Below, in pieces: positions 23,976 to 36,034 of a stretch of 60,378 nt of DNA. Both the position numbers and the translations under genes were made by a program. Location of the stretch: positions 141,360,001 through 141,420,378 of the forward strand of contig OY740781.1 in assembly GCA_963514005.1 (NCBI GenBank). Direction: 5' to 3'. Source of the DNA: Raja brachyura (taxonomy: Eukaryota). The notes under the pieces are model-generated. The model ran no database searches and was not told where the DNA came from. It saw nothing but the letters and a program-made list of their open reading frames with translations. Numbering within the stretch: position 1 is the stretch's first letter; the number at the start of each line of letters is the position of its first letter.

Positions 23976-26129
23976 AAATCTAACTTAAATTCCCATTTCA
24001 AATAACACAAGTACTTCTTAACTATACCGTAATGATCATTTCTTATTTTAGTAGGTTGTACATGAGTATTTAATATCAGTCTTTTGGGAATCGTGATTCT
24101 GTCCATCTGCAATTACTCCAACTGAATAAGTTAAATAATGTTAGTATTACACGGGATTAAGATATTTCCATGACTTTTACTGATGTTTTTGGAATCATGT
24201 TCTACGATGCCATCCAATTTTCCATGAAAATTGCAAATAGGTAGCCTTAATCATGAACAGACGGTGAAAGAATATTTTGCTGTTACTTTATATGGAGTAC
24301 TGCAGCTTAAAGCAGAAGACATTGTCAGATGTTTGTTAGCAACGTATCTTTCCCTGAAGGCTAATAGAAATAAAGCAGCACAATTTCTAAAAGTATCAAA
24401 AAAATGCCCAATTCTGATAAGGAACCCTGGTTAAAGTATTAATTGCCTCCTTTTTTTGTGATGCTGATTGACCTACTGTGAATTTATTAAAACATTGTTT
24501 TTACTTCAGTACAAAAACAATCCAATATTTTTATTGTAACGGAGAATATAAATGATTAGCGGTCAATCCCCAAGGGATGGGTAACCTTTTTTATTACTGT
24601 TTCCAACTGAAGTCAGTCAAGCCAACAGTGTAAAAATCTTTCAATGAATCACTAAATGGTGCAGAATTATTGCACATACAAATAGCCACTGGCTATTGTC
24701 AAATGCATCATCATAGATCCTAGTTAAACTGCAAATATGACTTCTGAACAAATTACCTATCAAACTGCCAGCTGCTAAACTATATTTATGACTGAGATCA
24801 TAGTATTTTCAAGTTTTTGCAAAGCTTTATTAATTTCTTCGATAATGGAGTTTGAATGTATCAATAAGTGATTGAATGCAACTCATAGGAATTAGTGAAA
24901 AAAATGCGAACTAAAAAATACTGCTATAAGCAATTCATACTTTCTTACTGGAACAGACTAAACATTTAACTGTCTGCTGCAAATATATGATGAGCAAAAG
25001 GTTACTTATTAAATAAACTAGTACCAGCTCTAGTTTCTTCACCCACTAATCAGCACCATCTGGTAACTGTACAGTCGATGCCCTTGAGATTGAATCAGTG
25101 CATGGCGTCTATGTGGGTCAGTGTGCATAATTCTAGCTACCTCCTACTGTGTGGTCCCATTTATGGAGGCCCACAATTTCTCTGTACTTTTAGGCTGCAG
25201 CTAGCCTATTAATGTGACCCTGACATTATAAGCCTGGCTTATCAGTTACTACTAAACTACCCCTCATAACTGGGCAGCTGACAATCTGTTAAGACTTTTC
25301 ATCAGCTTTCTTTGTTTTCTCTTGAAAATTAGACAGGATTGCCAAAAATGACAGGCCACTATCTCGGGTCTAATTTGATTTGCTGTTCAATATCAACTGT
25401 TAAAGAGAATGAATAACATTCACTATGGCCACACCACTTCTGTACTCTTGACTTCTAATACACAGTGACGTTTATGTTTCCAAAGTATGTTCTGAAACCA
25501 TATTGGATTACTAGAAAATGGTTTCAAATTAGAGACTGCAAGGTCATGTGAAAAATCAGCATGTGTTTATTGTGACACCCTTGAAATGTTACCTGTTAAA
25601 GCTTTGCTGTTCAGCATAAAATGGTATGAACCTTTGCAACTGAAACCTCCTGCAAAGGAGCCCCTTTTCCTTTTCAATTTTGCAACTTAAACATTTCATT
25701 TGCAACTCAGCATGGAAAAACTTTGGGCTGGAATAGAGTTTCACCTCGAATGAAAGACACAGTTCGTGCAAAACTTCATTAAGTAAAAGCTATTTAAAAA
25801 AAGTCATTAAAATGCACACTCATATCTCCACAGGTTGCTCATTAGTTTTTTAATTTTAAAAGAGACAGTTCACCATGAGAACTACATTGCTGCCAAATTA
25901 ATAATGACAATGCCAAAAAACAGTCTAGCTGAGTTTGTAGGATGTGCTACTTGGAAAATGGGATAGCTTTCAATATATGCGTGACAGATACTTGCAGACG
26001 GAACAGCATTTCAAAATATGATGGGGCTTGTGGTTTCTCAACTCAAATTCCTTACTTGCAAAAAGTTTGTGGTAAATATATAATTTACATTGTCAAGTTA
26101 AGATATAACTTATAACTTGATATAGATAT

Positions 26130-27420
26130 GACTATATGACTCAATTAGAGTGGAATTGAGTCAGTGTGGAAATAGGCCCTTTGGCCAACTTGCCCACGCC
26201 AACCAACATTCCCCATCTACACGAGTCCCACCTACCTGTGTTTGGTCTGTCTGTCTGTCCGTCCATCCGGCCCCTTCGGTGGGGTAGGTTGGGAGTGGAG
26301 GATAGAGGGAGAGGAGGGCAGTGGGGGAGGTAAGGAGGGAGAGTGGGGGTGGAATAGGGGGAGGTGAAGAATGGGGGAGAGGGGGATAGAGCGAAAGGAC
26401 GGAGGTAGGGAGGAGAGAGGGGTTCTGGAGGGAAGGAGGCTGACTGAGGCTAGGGGAAAGGTGAAGGATGGAGTGGGGGACAGGAGGAGGAGAGGGGAAA
26501 GAAGAAGGAGGGTGAAGAGGAGGGGGAGAGAGTTCTGGGGGATGAGGGGGTATGGAGGAGGATAGGGGTAGGAAGAGGAATGGCAAGGTAATGGAGGAGG
26601 GGAGGGGGAAGAGAGAGGAGGGGAGGGAGGGGGTGAGGGGAGGAAGCAGAGGAGGGTTGGTGGAGGGTGGGGAGAGGGAGGATAATGGAGGAGGGGAAAG
26701 TGGACTGAAGAGGGAGAGTGAGATGCGTTTACATTGATCTTATATTTTACAAGTTATTGTCATTTTATACTTTTAAAACATTGCAGTCGCGCTCTCGCTT
26801 GCCGGCCACGCCTGTGCAGTTGGGGGAGAGTTGCCATCACGCGCGTCACAATGGGGATCTCTGGCCTCACAACGGGAACCCATCAGCCACACCTACGCAG
26901 TTGGGGGCTATGGGTGAGTGGTGGAATATTGCGCTGGGGGACAGACCCAACGGGTCCGCACCTGGTCTTGTATCCAAAAACTATTCTACCCATGTACCTG
27001 TCCAAACACATTTTAAATGTTCAGAGAGTACCTGCCTCAACTATCTCTTCTGGCAGCTCTTTTATATATACCGACCATCCTTTATGTAAAAAAGTTGCTT
27101 CTCAGAGTCGTATTAAATTGCTCCCCACCCCCTCACCTTAAACCCATGTCCCCTGGTTCTTGAATTCCTTACTCTGGGCAAACATATTCTGGATTTCTCT
27201 CATGATCCTATACAACTCTAAAAGAGCCCCTCTCAACCTCCAACGCTCCAAGGAATGATGGCCTAGCCTGCTGAATCTCTCAGGTCCTTAAGTCCTGGCC
27301 ACATCCTCGTAAATCTTGTCTGCACCCTTTCCAGCTTAACAGCATCTTGCTATAACAGGGTGACCAAAACAGAACACAATGCTCCAAATGTAGCCTCACA
27401 AATGTCTTGTACAAATATCT
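26130..27420 (-). mobile_element. CR1 3' end split by a Helitron-like insertion
   Basis: Tail cagtgtggaaataggcccttt...cctgtgtttggtc (26160-26247) resumes as tatcc...catgtacctgtccaaa at 26971 and runs into ORF2 remnants. Confidence 0.85.
26246..26970 (+). mobile_element. Non-autonomous Helitron-like element (copy 2, 5'-truncated)
   Basis: 3' region gtggaatattgcgctggggg...GACCC-aac-GGGTC...CTTG|T parallels copy 1 (CTAG mutated). Contains a G/A-rich tract at 26280-26720. Confidence 0.65.
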
Positions 27421-27619
27421 CTCTACAAATTTTATTTCCTTTCCGTAAAGACTTCCAAACTTTAGGTCTTTTATTGTTACATGTACCGAGGTACAGTGAA
27501 AATCTGTTTTGCAAACAGATCAGATGAACCATACATAGGTACAATCAGTTCAAACTCTAGTAAAGAGTTCATCATCATCACCCCCCCCCCCGGACACTTA
27601 TTGTTATTTATTCAAATCA

Positions 27620-27720
27620 TTTGCTGTGTCGCTCTACCAGGGAGATGCTAAATGCATTTCGTTGTCTCTGTACTGTACACTGACAATGACAATTAAAATT
27701 GAATCTGAATCTGAATCTAA
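27620..27720 (-). mobile_element. Rex1-type 3' UTR-like fragment with (AATCTG)n
   Basis: gctaaatgcatttcgttgt...caatgacaattaaaattgaatctgaatctgaatct resembles the Rex1 tail at 49100-49185. That tail is plus-oriented, so the strand here is uncertain. Confidence 0.5.
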
Positions 27721-27859
27721 AATAGAGCAAAGGGAAAGATACAGAAGAGATGGGGCGGGAATTTATTTGGTTTGCACTGCAAAAAACAAATACTTTGAAA
27801 GACAACAGTTAAATAAACTACTGGTGCACTAATATATCATAGCGTCGTAGAGTCCAATA

Positions 27860-28930
27860 GTTATACCGCACAGAAAAAGGCCCTTTGGCTCAATTTGTCT
27901 ATTCAAAACAAGATGCCCCATCCAAGCTACTCCAATTTGCCCACATTTGGCCCATATCCCTCTAAAGCTGTCTAGATGTATTTTAAATGTTGTTATTGTA
28001 CCTGCCTCTGCTACTTCCTCTGGCAGCTTGATACACCACTCTGTGAAAATGTTGCCGCTCTGATTCCTATTAAAGCTTTCCCCTCTTCCCTTAAACCTAT
28101 GCTTCTAGTTCTCGATTCTCCTACCCTGGGAAATTGACTATGCATTCATCCTATCTATTCCCATCATGATTTTATACCCCCTCTATAAGATCACCCCTCA
28201 TTCTCCTGCGCTCCAAGGAATACAGTTGTAGTCTGCCCAACGTCTTCCTATAGCTCAGGCCCATGAGTCCTGGCAGCATCCTAGTAAATCTTCTCTGCAC
28301 CCTTACCAGCCTAATGACATCCTTCCTCCAGAAGATTGACCGAACCTGAACACAATACTTCAAGTGTAGCCTCACCAACGTCTTGTGCAAACGGAACATA
28401 ACATCCTTACCTCTATATTTAATTCTCCTCGTTGATTAGCAGAGGCATGCCAAAATTCTTCTTCACAATGTGTATCCACCTTTGATGCTGTTTTCAGGGA
28501 ACTATGTACTTGTACCCCTAAATTCCCCTGCTCCACATCATTCGCCAGGTTCTGCTATTCATGGTGAATGCCCTGCTCTGGTTTGACTTCCCAAATATAT
28601 AATCTCAAACTTTCCTGATTTAAACTCCATTAGCCTTTCCTCAGCACACTTGCTTACGTGATCAAGATCTTACTGTAATTCTTATTTGGGGTTATTACTG
28701 TCACATGTATCAAGGTACAGTGAAATGCTTTGTTTTGCATGCTATCCAAACAGATCAGATATACTATGCAGTTCAAACAAAAATGGAATAGAGAGGGCAG
28801 AGAGAGCAATAAAGAGAATACAGTGCAAAAATTATAACCATCCTCACTCTCTTGGATACCACCTATTTTAGTATCATCTGCAAACTTACTAATCATGCCT
28901 TGTACATTCATGTCCAAATCGTTGATATAA
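27860..28930 (-). mobile_element. CR1 ORF2 3' region with an internal Rex1-type tail insertion
   Basis: Minus strand YINDLDMNVQGMISKFADDTKIGG, KTLVRLHLKYCVQ, RVQRRFTRMLPGL...ERRRMRGDLIE. Insert at ~28685-28835. Confidence 0.9.
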
Positions 28931-29119
28931 TTTACTCTTTGCACATTTTTCCCTAATCGTTAAATTCATGTACTGATTGAGCAGTAAACATCTATTCAAA
29001 AGGATATAGATGGATGACAAGTTCAATGTTTTAAATTATCCCACCCTTATAAACAAATGTACACATATCTATACTTCATATTTCTTCTTTTTAAACACCA
29101 AAATGAACTTGCAATCTCA

Positions 29120-29216
29120 AGTAGACAAAAATGCTGGAAAAACTCAGCGGGTGAGGCAGCATCTATGGAGCAAAGGAAATAGGCGACGTTTCGGGTCGAG
29201 ACCCTCCTTCAGACTC
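29120..29216 (-). mobile_element. Penelope-type hammerhead element
   Basis: Minus strand agtCTGAAGGAGGGTCTCGACCCGAAACGTCgcc...cagcatttttgtctac. Confidence 0.8.
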
Positions 29217-29399
29217 ATGTTATCAGGTACAAAATAAATTATCATTTTGGACTGATGAGCTCTCATTGACCTGATACATTACCATTATTTTGATTTCCAG
29301 ATGTAATTTGTGTCTGGCTGATTATTTCCAAAATGTTCTGCTTTTATTTCAGACTTGCACCTTCCACAGTATTTTGGTTTCCAACCCTCTGATCTCCAT

Positions 29400-29780
29400 C
29401 AGGAGGAGTGATTACTCCTAACTCCAACTGTAACATCCTTCCATCTCCTTCACACTGCTTCAACTTATCTACTGCCAAAATCTTCATCCATCCATTGGGA
29501 CTGGGCTATTCTAAGGCACCACTTGTTGACCCATGTTCCATCCTTTATAAACTTTAGCTCATTCAAAAATTTGCTGTTCATACCCTTACTCGCATTTCAG
29601 GACCTGTTCGTGCATTCGTACATTGAATTCCTGATTAAAAATTCTCATTCTTCCATCTCAATCTTAGCTCTCCTCATCTCTTCTGCTACCCACCTCCACC
29701 AACCTCAGATAGTTGCGCTCCTTCATTTCGTATTTCCTGTGCATTACTGTTTTTAATCTCTCCACCACTGGCCAAAATGA
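29400..29780 (+). mobile_element. Old L2-like remnant
   Basis: Degenerate L2 ORF2-end-like text (cttcatccat...gctattctaa...gctcattcaaaa...gctg). Weak. Confidence 0.35.
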
Positions 29781-30387
29781 CCTTATTTATGAGATTGTGG
29801 ACTTTAGAATTTGAAATCCAAACTTCAAAGACCGTGCTCTTGGTAATCTGATGATTAGTATGTAGTTTTGTGTTGGATTTTTTTTCTAACACTTTTGCGA
29901 AAGAGCAGTATATTTTTGTAAGCTGCTGTTGCTAACATCATAACTTGTTAAGATAAATATAGGCTTGAAAAAGGTGGCTGTGTCACATCATTTAATACTA
30001 AAATAAATCAAGTCGTCCTTTCTAAACAGTGTATATGGGAAACAGTGTAGCACTGTTGTATTATACACCGCAGCGAAAAACAGCAATTCATTTCAAAAAC
30101 TTAATTTAATGTGAAACAAATATGGAAAAAAATAATATATAATATGAAATTTCTAAAAAATTATTTTGCTGGATTATGGTGCTTCTGTTTCTATTTCGAG
30201 TTGAGTGATTTGTGCCTTGTTTACTGGTGCCAATTACTCCAGTTACAATCTCAAATTATTAATGGCATGCCAATAAACATAATCATTGCATCGATTTAAC
30301 TGCAATGATTTTTGGGAGCATTATTGTTCCATTTCAATCAAGGAATTCTGTTGTAAAATTAAAGAGTATATTAATTTTAATTTTAAA

Positions 30388-30530
30388 AGTGGATAGGTAT
30401 ATGGACGGGAAGGGAATGGAGGGGTATGGTCTGAGTGCAGGTAGATGGGACTAGGGGAAAATAAATGGTCGGCACGGACTGGAAGGGCCGGGAGGGCCTG
30501 TTTCCGTGCTGTAATTGTTATATGGTTATA
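30388..30530 (+). mobile_element. CR1 3' tail
   Basis: ggataggtatatgga...gggccggagggcctgtttccgtgctgta with a (gttatat) tail. Confidence 0.8.
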
Positions 30531-32717
30531 TTATTTACTCTTCATTCTTGCATAAATTATCAAGAGCTACCCTCTTTTTGTTTATGCGCATGACCTTATC
30601 AGACTATTCCCATCAACCTCTCGTGATCAGAAGAACCTTAAAACGGAAGTATTGAGAAATTGCTGTTATGAGGGAACAGTTAAATATCAGGAATTATTAA
30701 ATTATATTACTGGTTATCTGTATCCTTGGATGCACAATCATGATTTATGTATACCAAGTATTTATGACTACAGACTTGTGGCAGAATCAGCACCAACATC
30801 TACAAAAGTGGGATAACATGGAACGAGTGTGAAGGGATGTTCAATAGTCAGCAAAGGCTCAGTGGGCCGCAGGGCCTGTGTCAATTTAAAAAAAACCTTG
30901 TTTTCAAATTATCTGGCTAGAAGCAACTCATTTTCCCAAAAGTGATACAGCTTAACTGAATCGCACTTGCAACAATAATTTTATGGAATAAAATGAATAT
31001 TAAATTGACAACGTCTTTAAAAAATATATGATTGAAGAAAACGAAAAAATGCAACCATCCGACATAATTTTAGTGATGAATCATTAAAAGATAGCCACAA
31101 TTCTGGAAATTATAACATCACTTTTAAAACTTCACTTCAGAGCCCTACATTGGCTTCTGTCCATTTCCATACCATACTAATAATTTTAATTGGTTTTGTA
31201 CAAAAATATATCAAAATAGCTTCAGACATGCAATCAGCAATGACCAATTTTCTTAAATTTTAACTTTCAGGTTTGCCGCTTAGGATTGTCGCACTGTATA
31301 ATTGACATCTAGGAGCAAGGGGGTTAATATATATTTTAAATCTTATAAATAAATCCAACTTCATTTCATTAGAGATAATGATTATGCACTGGAATTTATT
31401 GTGTGCTCTAATAATGATATCTGGGGACCAACACATAACACAAAAGCACTGATCAGCCACCACAAGTAGTGCAAGAGGCATCACGGTTCCTTAACCGTTA
31501 GTTTATTTTACAAAATTTGTCATTTTAAGTGATTTTACAGCTGATTTTTTAAAAAGTAGAATAGAAGGAACAAAATACAATAGTGACAGCTTGAAATATA
31601 TGGGACCCGTGTTATAGAAAAACAGACAATTTTGCTTCATTTTAAACCTATAAAATTGGCCTCAGTGTTATCATTCCACTTTGGACGGGTTAAATTTTGC
31701 AAATCACCTTTGTTCTCTTGATAACAAGATTTTTCTTTATAGATTATTTACAAAAAGTCTTTGCTTCTGGTCCAATTATTCACTTTTCAGTAAATCAGAA
31801 CAGCGATAACTTCTGAAAGTCAAAGAGTACTCTCCTGATTTCTGAAATCAATTACATTTAAGTTACTCATTTGTTTTACCACGAGGAATTTAACTGTTCA
31901 ACTGACTTTGAAGAATGACTTAGAAAAACAAAGTTAAATAAGTAACTGGCTAAATATTTCTCAACTTTGCTCAGAGAATCTGTACTAAACAATTAACCAC
32001 AGGGGCCATTCTATCGTCTGCATGCACTTTGATCTCAGGTTAGATGCCATCCACTGTATTGCATGCATGCCTGAGGGTGACCAGGATCAGATGGAAATAT
32101 GTTAACATGATTCCTAGGTCCTAATTATAAAAGGTTTTAACCTTGGCTTCAAAATAGTGATTGGTGACAATACTTGCCTAAAATTATGTCTTTATCAATG
32201 GTCACAAATGATCCAAATTATTTTCTTCCCGTTATGATAGTATTTAATCAGTCCTTGACTGTCTGAATGCCATATATCAAGCACTTGGATATCTACTGTA
32301 GTAATGCTTTAATAGAACCATTTTACAGTTCTTCATTTCAAACAGAATATGCAGCAGAAGATTTTGGAGTATGGCAACTATTCAAACCACTATCTAATGT
32401 GCTATGACACGTCTAAGAATACCCAAATTACAGTGCCTCTTTTGAAAACTGATTCCAGTACGTTGCAGGGGCCAAGTATCACTGTATCATTATAAAGTTA
32501 ATAAAAGAAACTGACACAAGATTGTTAGAATGAGAGAGTTGTTGAGCATCTGTAAAAACTCTTAAGTTTATCAAATCATTTAAATAATAGCAGAGACTGA
32601 TTCACTGTAAACTGACTTTGCATCACAAAGTTACAGCTGAAGCAAAGGTCATTCATCAATCCAGTAAAGCTCACCGGATTCCCAACCAATGGAACTCTCG
32701 CTAGGCTTTCCTCATTT

Positions 32718-33488
32718 TTAATTTTTTTTAATATCTTTATTTATTAGAGGTAGCGTAAGTTACATCAGTGTACATCCCTTATATTGTATTACAGTCCGTG
32801 TACCCCTTTTTTTAAGGCTTTAGAAAAGAGAGAGAAATACCAGCAAAGAAAGTAGAAAAGTGAAAAAGAGATGTGAAAGTGCAAAAGCGTGACTGAGGGA
32901 AAGGAAACCCTTGAAGAGTTAGAGACCGGAGGTTAAGAGATAGACCCTGGAGAGAATAAAAAAAGAAAAAGGGAAAGATAGAGAAAGAAAGAAGAAAAGC
33001 CAGTTACTTTTTTATAAACATCCCACAAAAGGAATCTACCAACTAGACAGTTTTTCTTCCCTCTTTACCAAAACCTGACACCGGTACTTTTTTGAGGTGT
33101 TCTTGCACCTTATCCATGTAATAGATTTATAAATGCAGACCACGTCTTATAGAAACAGTCTGATTTTCCTGCTAGTCGGAGTCTCATATCTTCCAAGTGT
33201 AGTGTTTCGAACATAGTTGAAATCCACATATTAACTGTTGGTATAGGAGTATTTTTCCAGAATTTTAAGATAAGCTTTTTTCCAGTTATTAAGCCATATT
33301 CAAATAGAGTCTTTTGAAACACATGTAATTCAGGGCTATCTTCCGATATCCCGAAGATAATCCAGTCTGCATTTGGAGTCAGTTTTATTTTAAATATTTT
33401 TGTGAAAATTTCAAAAATTTCAGTCCAAAATGTTTGAATTTTTGTACAAAAGACAAATAATTGCGCTATATGGCGCCACCGGAAGTCA
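32718..33488 (-). mobile_element. L1-clade LINE: ORF2 C-terminus, 3' UTR and poly(A), with a 13-bp TSD
   Basis: ORF 33110-33499 (C..IQTFWTEIF...IIFG...KKLILKFWK..P...W...E...F.KTW..F) is typical of the end of fish L1 ORF2. AATAAA plus A-tail at ~32718-32745. TSD GCTTTCCTCATTT at 32705-32717 and 33489-33501. Confidence 0.88.
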
Positions 33489-33619
33489 GCTTTCCTCATT
33501 TCTGATGAAGAAGAGCCTCTCTTCTCCGTTTTGATTGGTCATCTATTTCCTACTATTCAGCAAGATTAAAAGAAAGACCATCCACAAGAGGAAGCAGCCA
33601 CAGACAAACAAGCAAGATC

Positions 33620-33790
33620 TTACACCATCTTGACAGGATGGATGTGAAGAGGAGGTTTCCTATTGTGGGAGAATTTAGAGTAAAGAACAGTCTACTTAAG
33701 TGAGATCTAAAGTGAACTTTCTCTCCGAAGGTTGTAAAGTCTTTGGAACTCTCCTTCTCAATGGTGGAGGAAGCAGAGTTTTTTAATTGG
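33620..33790 (+). mobile_element. Degraded CR1 3' fragment
   Basis: gacaggatggatgtgaagaggaggtttcct...ctttggaactct...ggtggaggaagcagag. Confidence 0.6.
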
Positions 33791-34234
33791 TTGTTCATTG
33801 TACTTTGGCTGAAGCCTAACCAGCAAGCAATAAAGTTTCAGCAAGATCCCCTTGATTTTATATTCTATTTATTTTCATTTTACCCATTCTCTTGGTATTG
33901 AGAAAGTCTGGTTGTATGGGTTTTGAGATAACTGATGTGGCCAATGTAAGAAAAATAAACCCATTTACAGATGGGACAGGATGTGCCAAAGGGAAGAGAC
34001 AGGTGGGTAGTCTATGAGGAGGTGTTGTCCTTCTGCCATTTCCTCAGGTCTTCTGAACGCTCTCAGTACCTGAACACATTGTTCTCAATACCATCTGAAA
34101 TGTTTCTTCTCCACTTTGAGCATTCAAGGTGTGTATTATTTTTCAAGTTATTAAATCAGCGTTTCAGGTTTGGTACAAGGACAAACTCTCTCTGTTTATC
34201 TACACTTTTCAGAGAATCAAAATCAAAGGATTAT

Positions 34235-34680
34235 GAGCTGCAAATCACAGACTTGTCCATGCCGACTATCAATATTAATCTTATTTGCCCACATCCCTGT
34301 CTACCTTTTTTTATCAAAGTATCTCTGAAAATATCTTCTAAACATTAGAATTGTACCTGCCTCTAACACCACTTCTGGCAGGTCATTCCATATACTTTAT
34401 CCACCAGCCTGTGTATAAAACCTGCTTCTTAGATCCTCTTTAAATCGTTTCCCTCCCACCTTAAACCTAGGTAGTTTTAGACTCCCCTACCTGACAGTAA
34501 GACTATAACCATCTACTCTATCCATGCCCCTCAATTTAACCTCTCTAAGGTCACCCTCAGCATCTTGTGTTCAAAGGGAAAAAGTTCCAACAAACCCAAT
34601 CTTTCCTTGTAACTCAAGCTCTTCAGCCCAGGCAACATTCTGTGAACTTTTTCTGCGCCCTCCCTAGATTATTCACATCC
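34235..34680 (-). mobile_element. CR1 3' fragment
   Basis: tgtacctgcctctaacaccacttctggcaggtcattccata...aaggtcaccctcagc...ccaggcaacattctgtgaac. Confidence 0.75.
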
Positions 34681-35477
34681 TTATCTAACACTATTTGATG
34701 GAGGTGACAGGAGTTTCTACATTTTATCAACTCCCATCTTCAGGAGAGGCGGAGGAAGAAAATTCTAATAAAACTGAATCAGAGAAAATGATTATTAGTT
34801 CCACTAATTTTGAAGGTATTGCTCAGATTAATCTTTGTATTTAAAAATGCCACATATTTTACCATTTGGAAAATTACAGATAATGCTGCCTTTAATACAC
34901 CCTTTTACTATTGTATTAATTGCTATTTGTGCATACAATGAACAGCAATTTTAGGAGAGCATAATGCAGATAATGCAATAATCTGGAGGTTGATACGTGA
35001 TGAGTCATTCTGCAGTAAAATGTGTTAAAGTGTTTAAAATGTAAATGAACTGAAAACTAACATACAAAAAGTTGAGTCCCCATGCTCTGATATAAATTTC
35101 TTGTAAATTACTTTCAAAATATATGGAAATGAAAAGATTGTTATGTAAGAAAACTTACCATTCTTTCCCTGAATTATCCTTGAAGATGTCTTCCTATAAA
35201 TTTAGAATTTTCTTGAATTTCAGATTACTTTCCACTAACTTTTCTTATAAGAAATAACATATATATATGGTTTCAGGATTTGTAAATTCAACTGAAAAGA
35301 AAAAAATCTAGCAAATTCTTTCAAATATATTGTCCCACTATTTGTGATGCATGGTATATGGATGGTATTTCAATCCATTTGACCTCATTTTAGGGCACTG
35401 AAAGATTGAAACTATACTAGATGTAACTATACTAGACTACGCAGAGAAAACTGCTGCACAAATGGAATGGAACTGTA

Positions 35478-35650
35478 ATGCAGTTGGTAGAGCTACTGCC
35501 TCACAGCTCCAGAGACCTAGGTCGATTTTGACCTTGGGTGCTGTCTGAGTGGTGTTTGTACCTTCTCCCTGTGACCAGGTGGGTTTCGTCTGGGTGCTCC
35601 AATTTCCTCCCACATCCCAAAGACGTGCAGGTCATTAGGTCCAGGTAGGT
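35478..35650 (+). mobile_element. V-SINE, 3'-truncated
   Basis: gcagttggtagagctactgcctcacagc...tttcctcccacatcccaaagacgtgcagg. Confidence 0.8.
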
Positions 35651-36034
35651 TGTTCTGTGATTCTTTTTAAAGCGAGTTCAGTAACAAATTAGAAAATATT
35701 CAAGTGGAAAATAAAAACCAAGGAAGGAAAGATAATAAAGCATTCACAAATGAGAAATGTTAGGGTATGGCTACTGTAATAACTAGTCCACTCCAATATG
35801 TTGTCTAGCAAGATATTCTGTTGATATACAAATATCATTGTGTTGATTGCTGGCAGAGCCTAGATCTGAACTCAAGGCAAACCCTGTTTTTTTTTAAAGG
35901 AGAAGTGTTGTGCGTGGCGAGGGGGGTGGAGGTGGGGGGCATTGCGCAATAGGCGAAGATGTTGATGAGGAAAAATAAATGATTACTGTTTGTTGTGAAA
36001 TCCGGAAACCTGGTGGAAAAAATGTGAAAGGAAG

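Noticed and set aside
26161-26737. Proline-rich or Gly/Glu/Arg-rich ORFs
   Set aside because: Translation of a low-complexity G/A tract inside a repeat.
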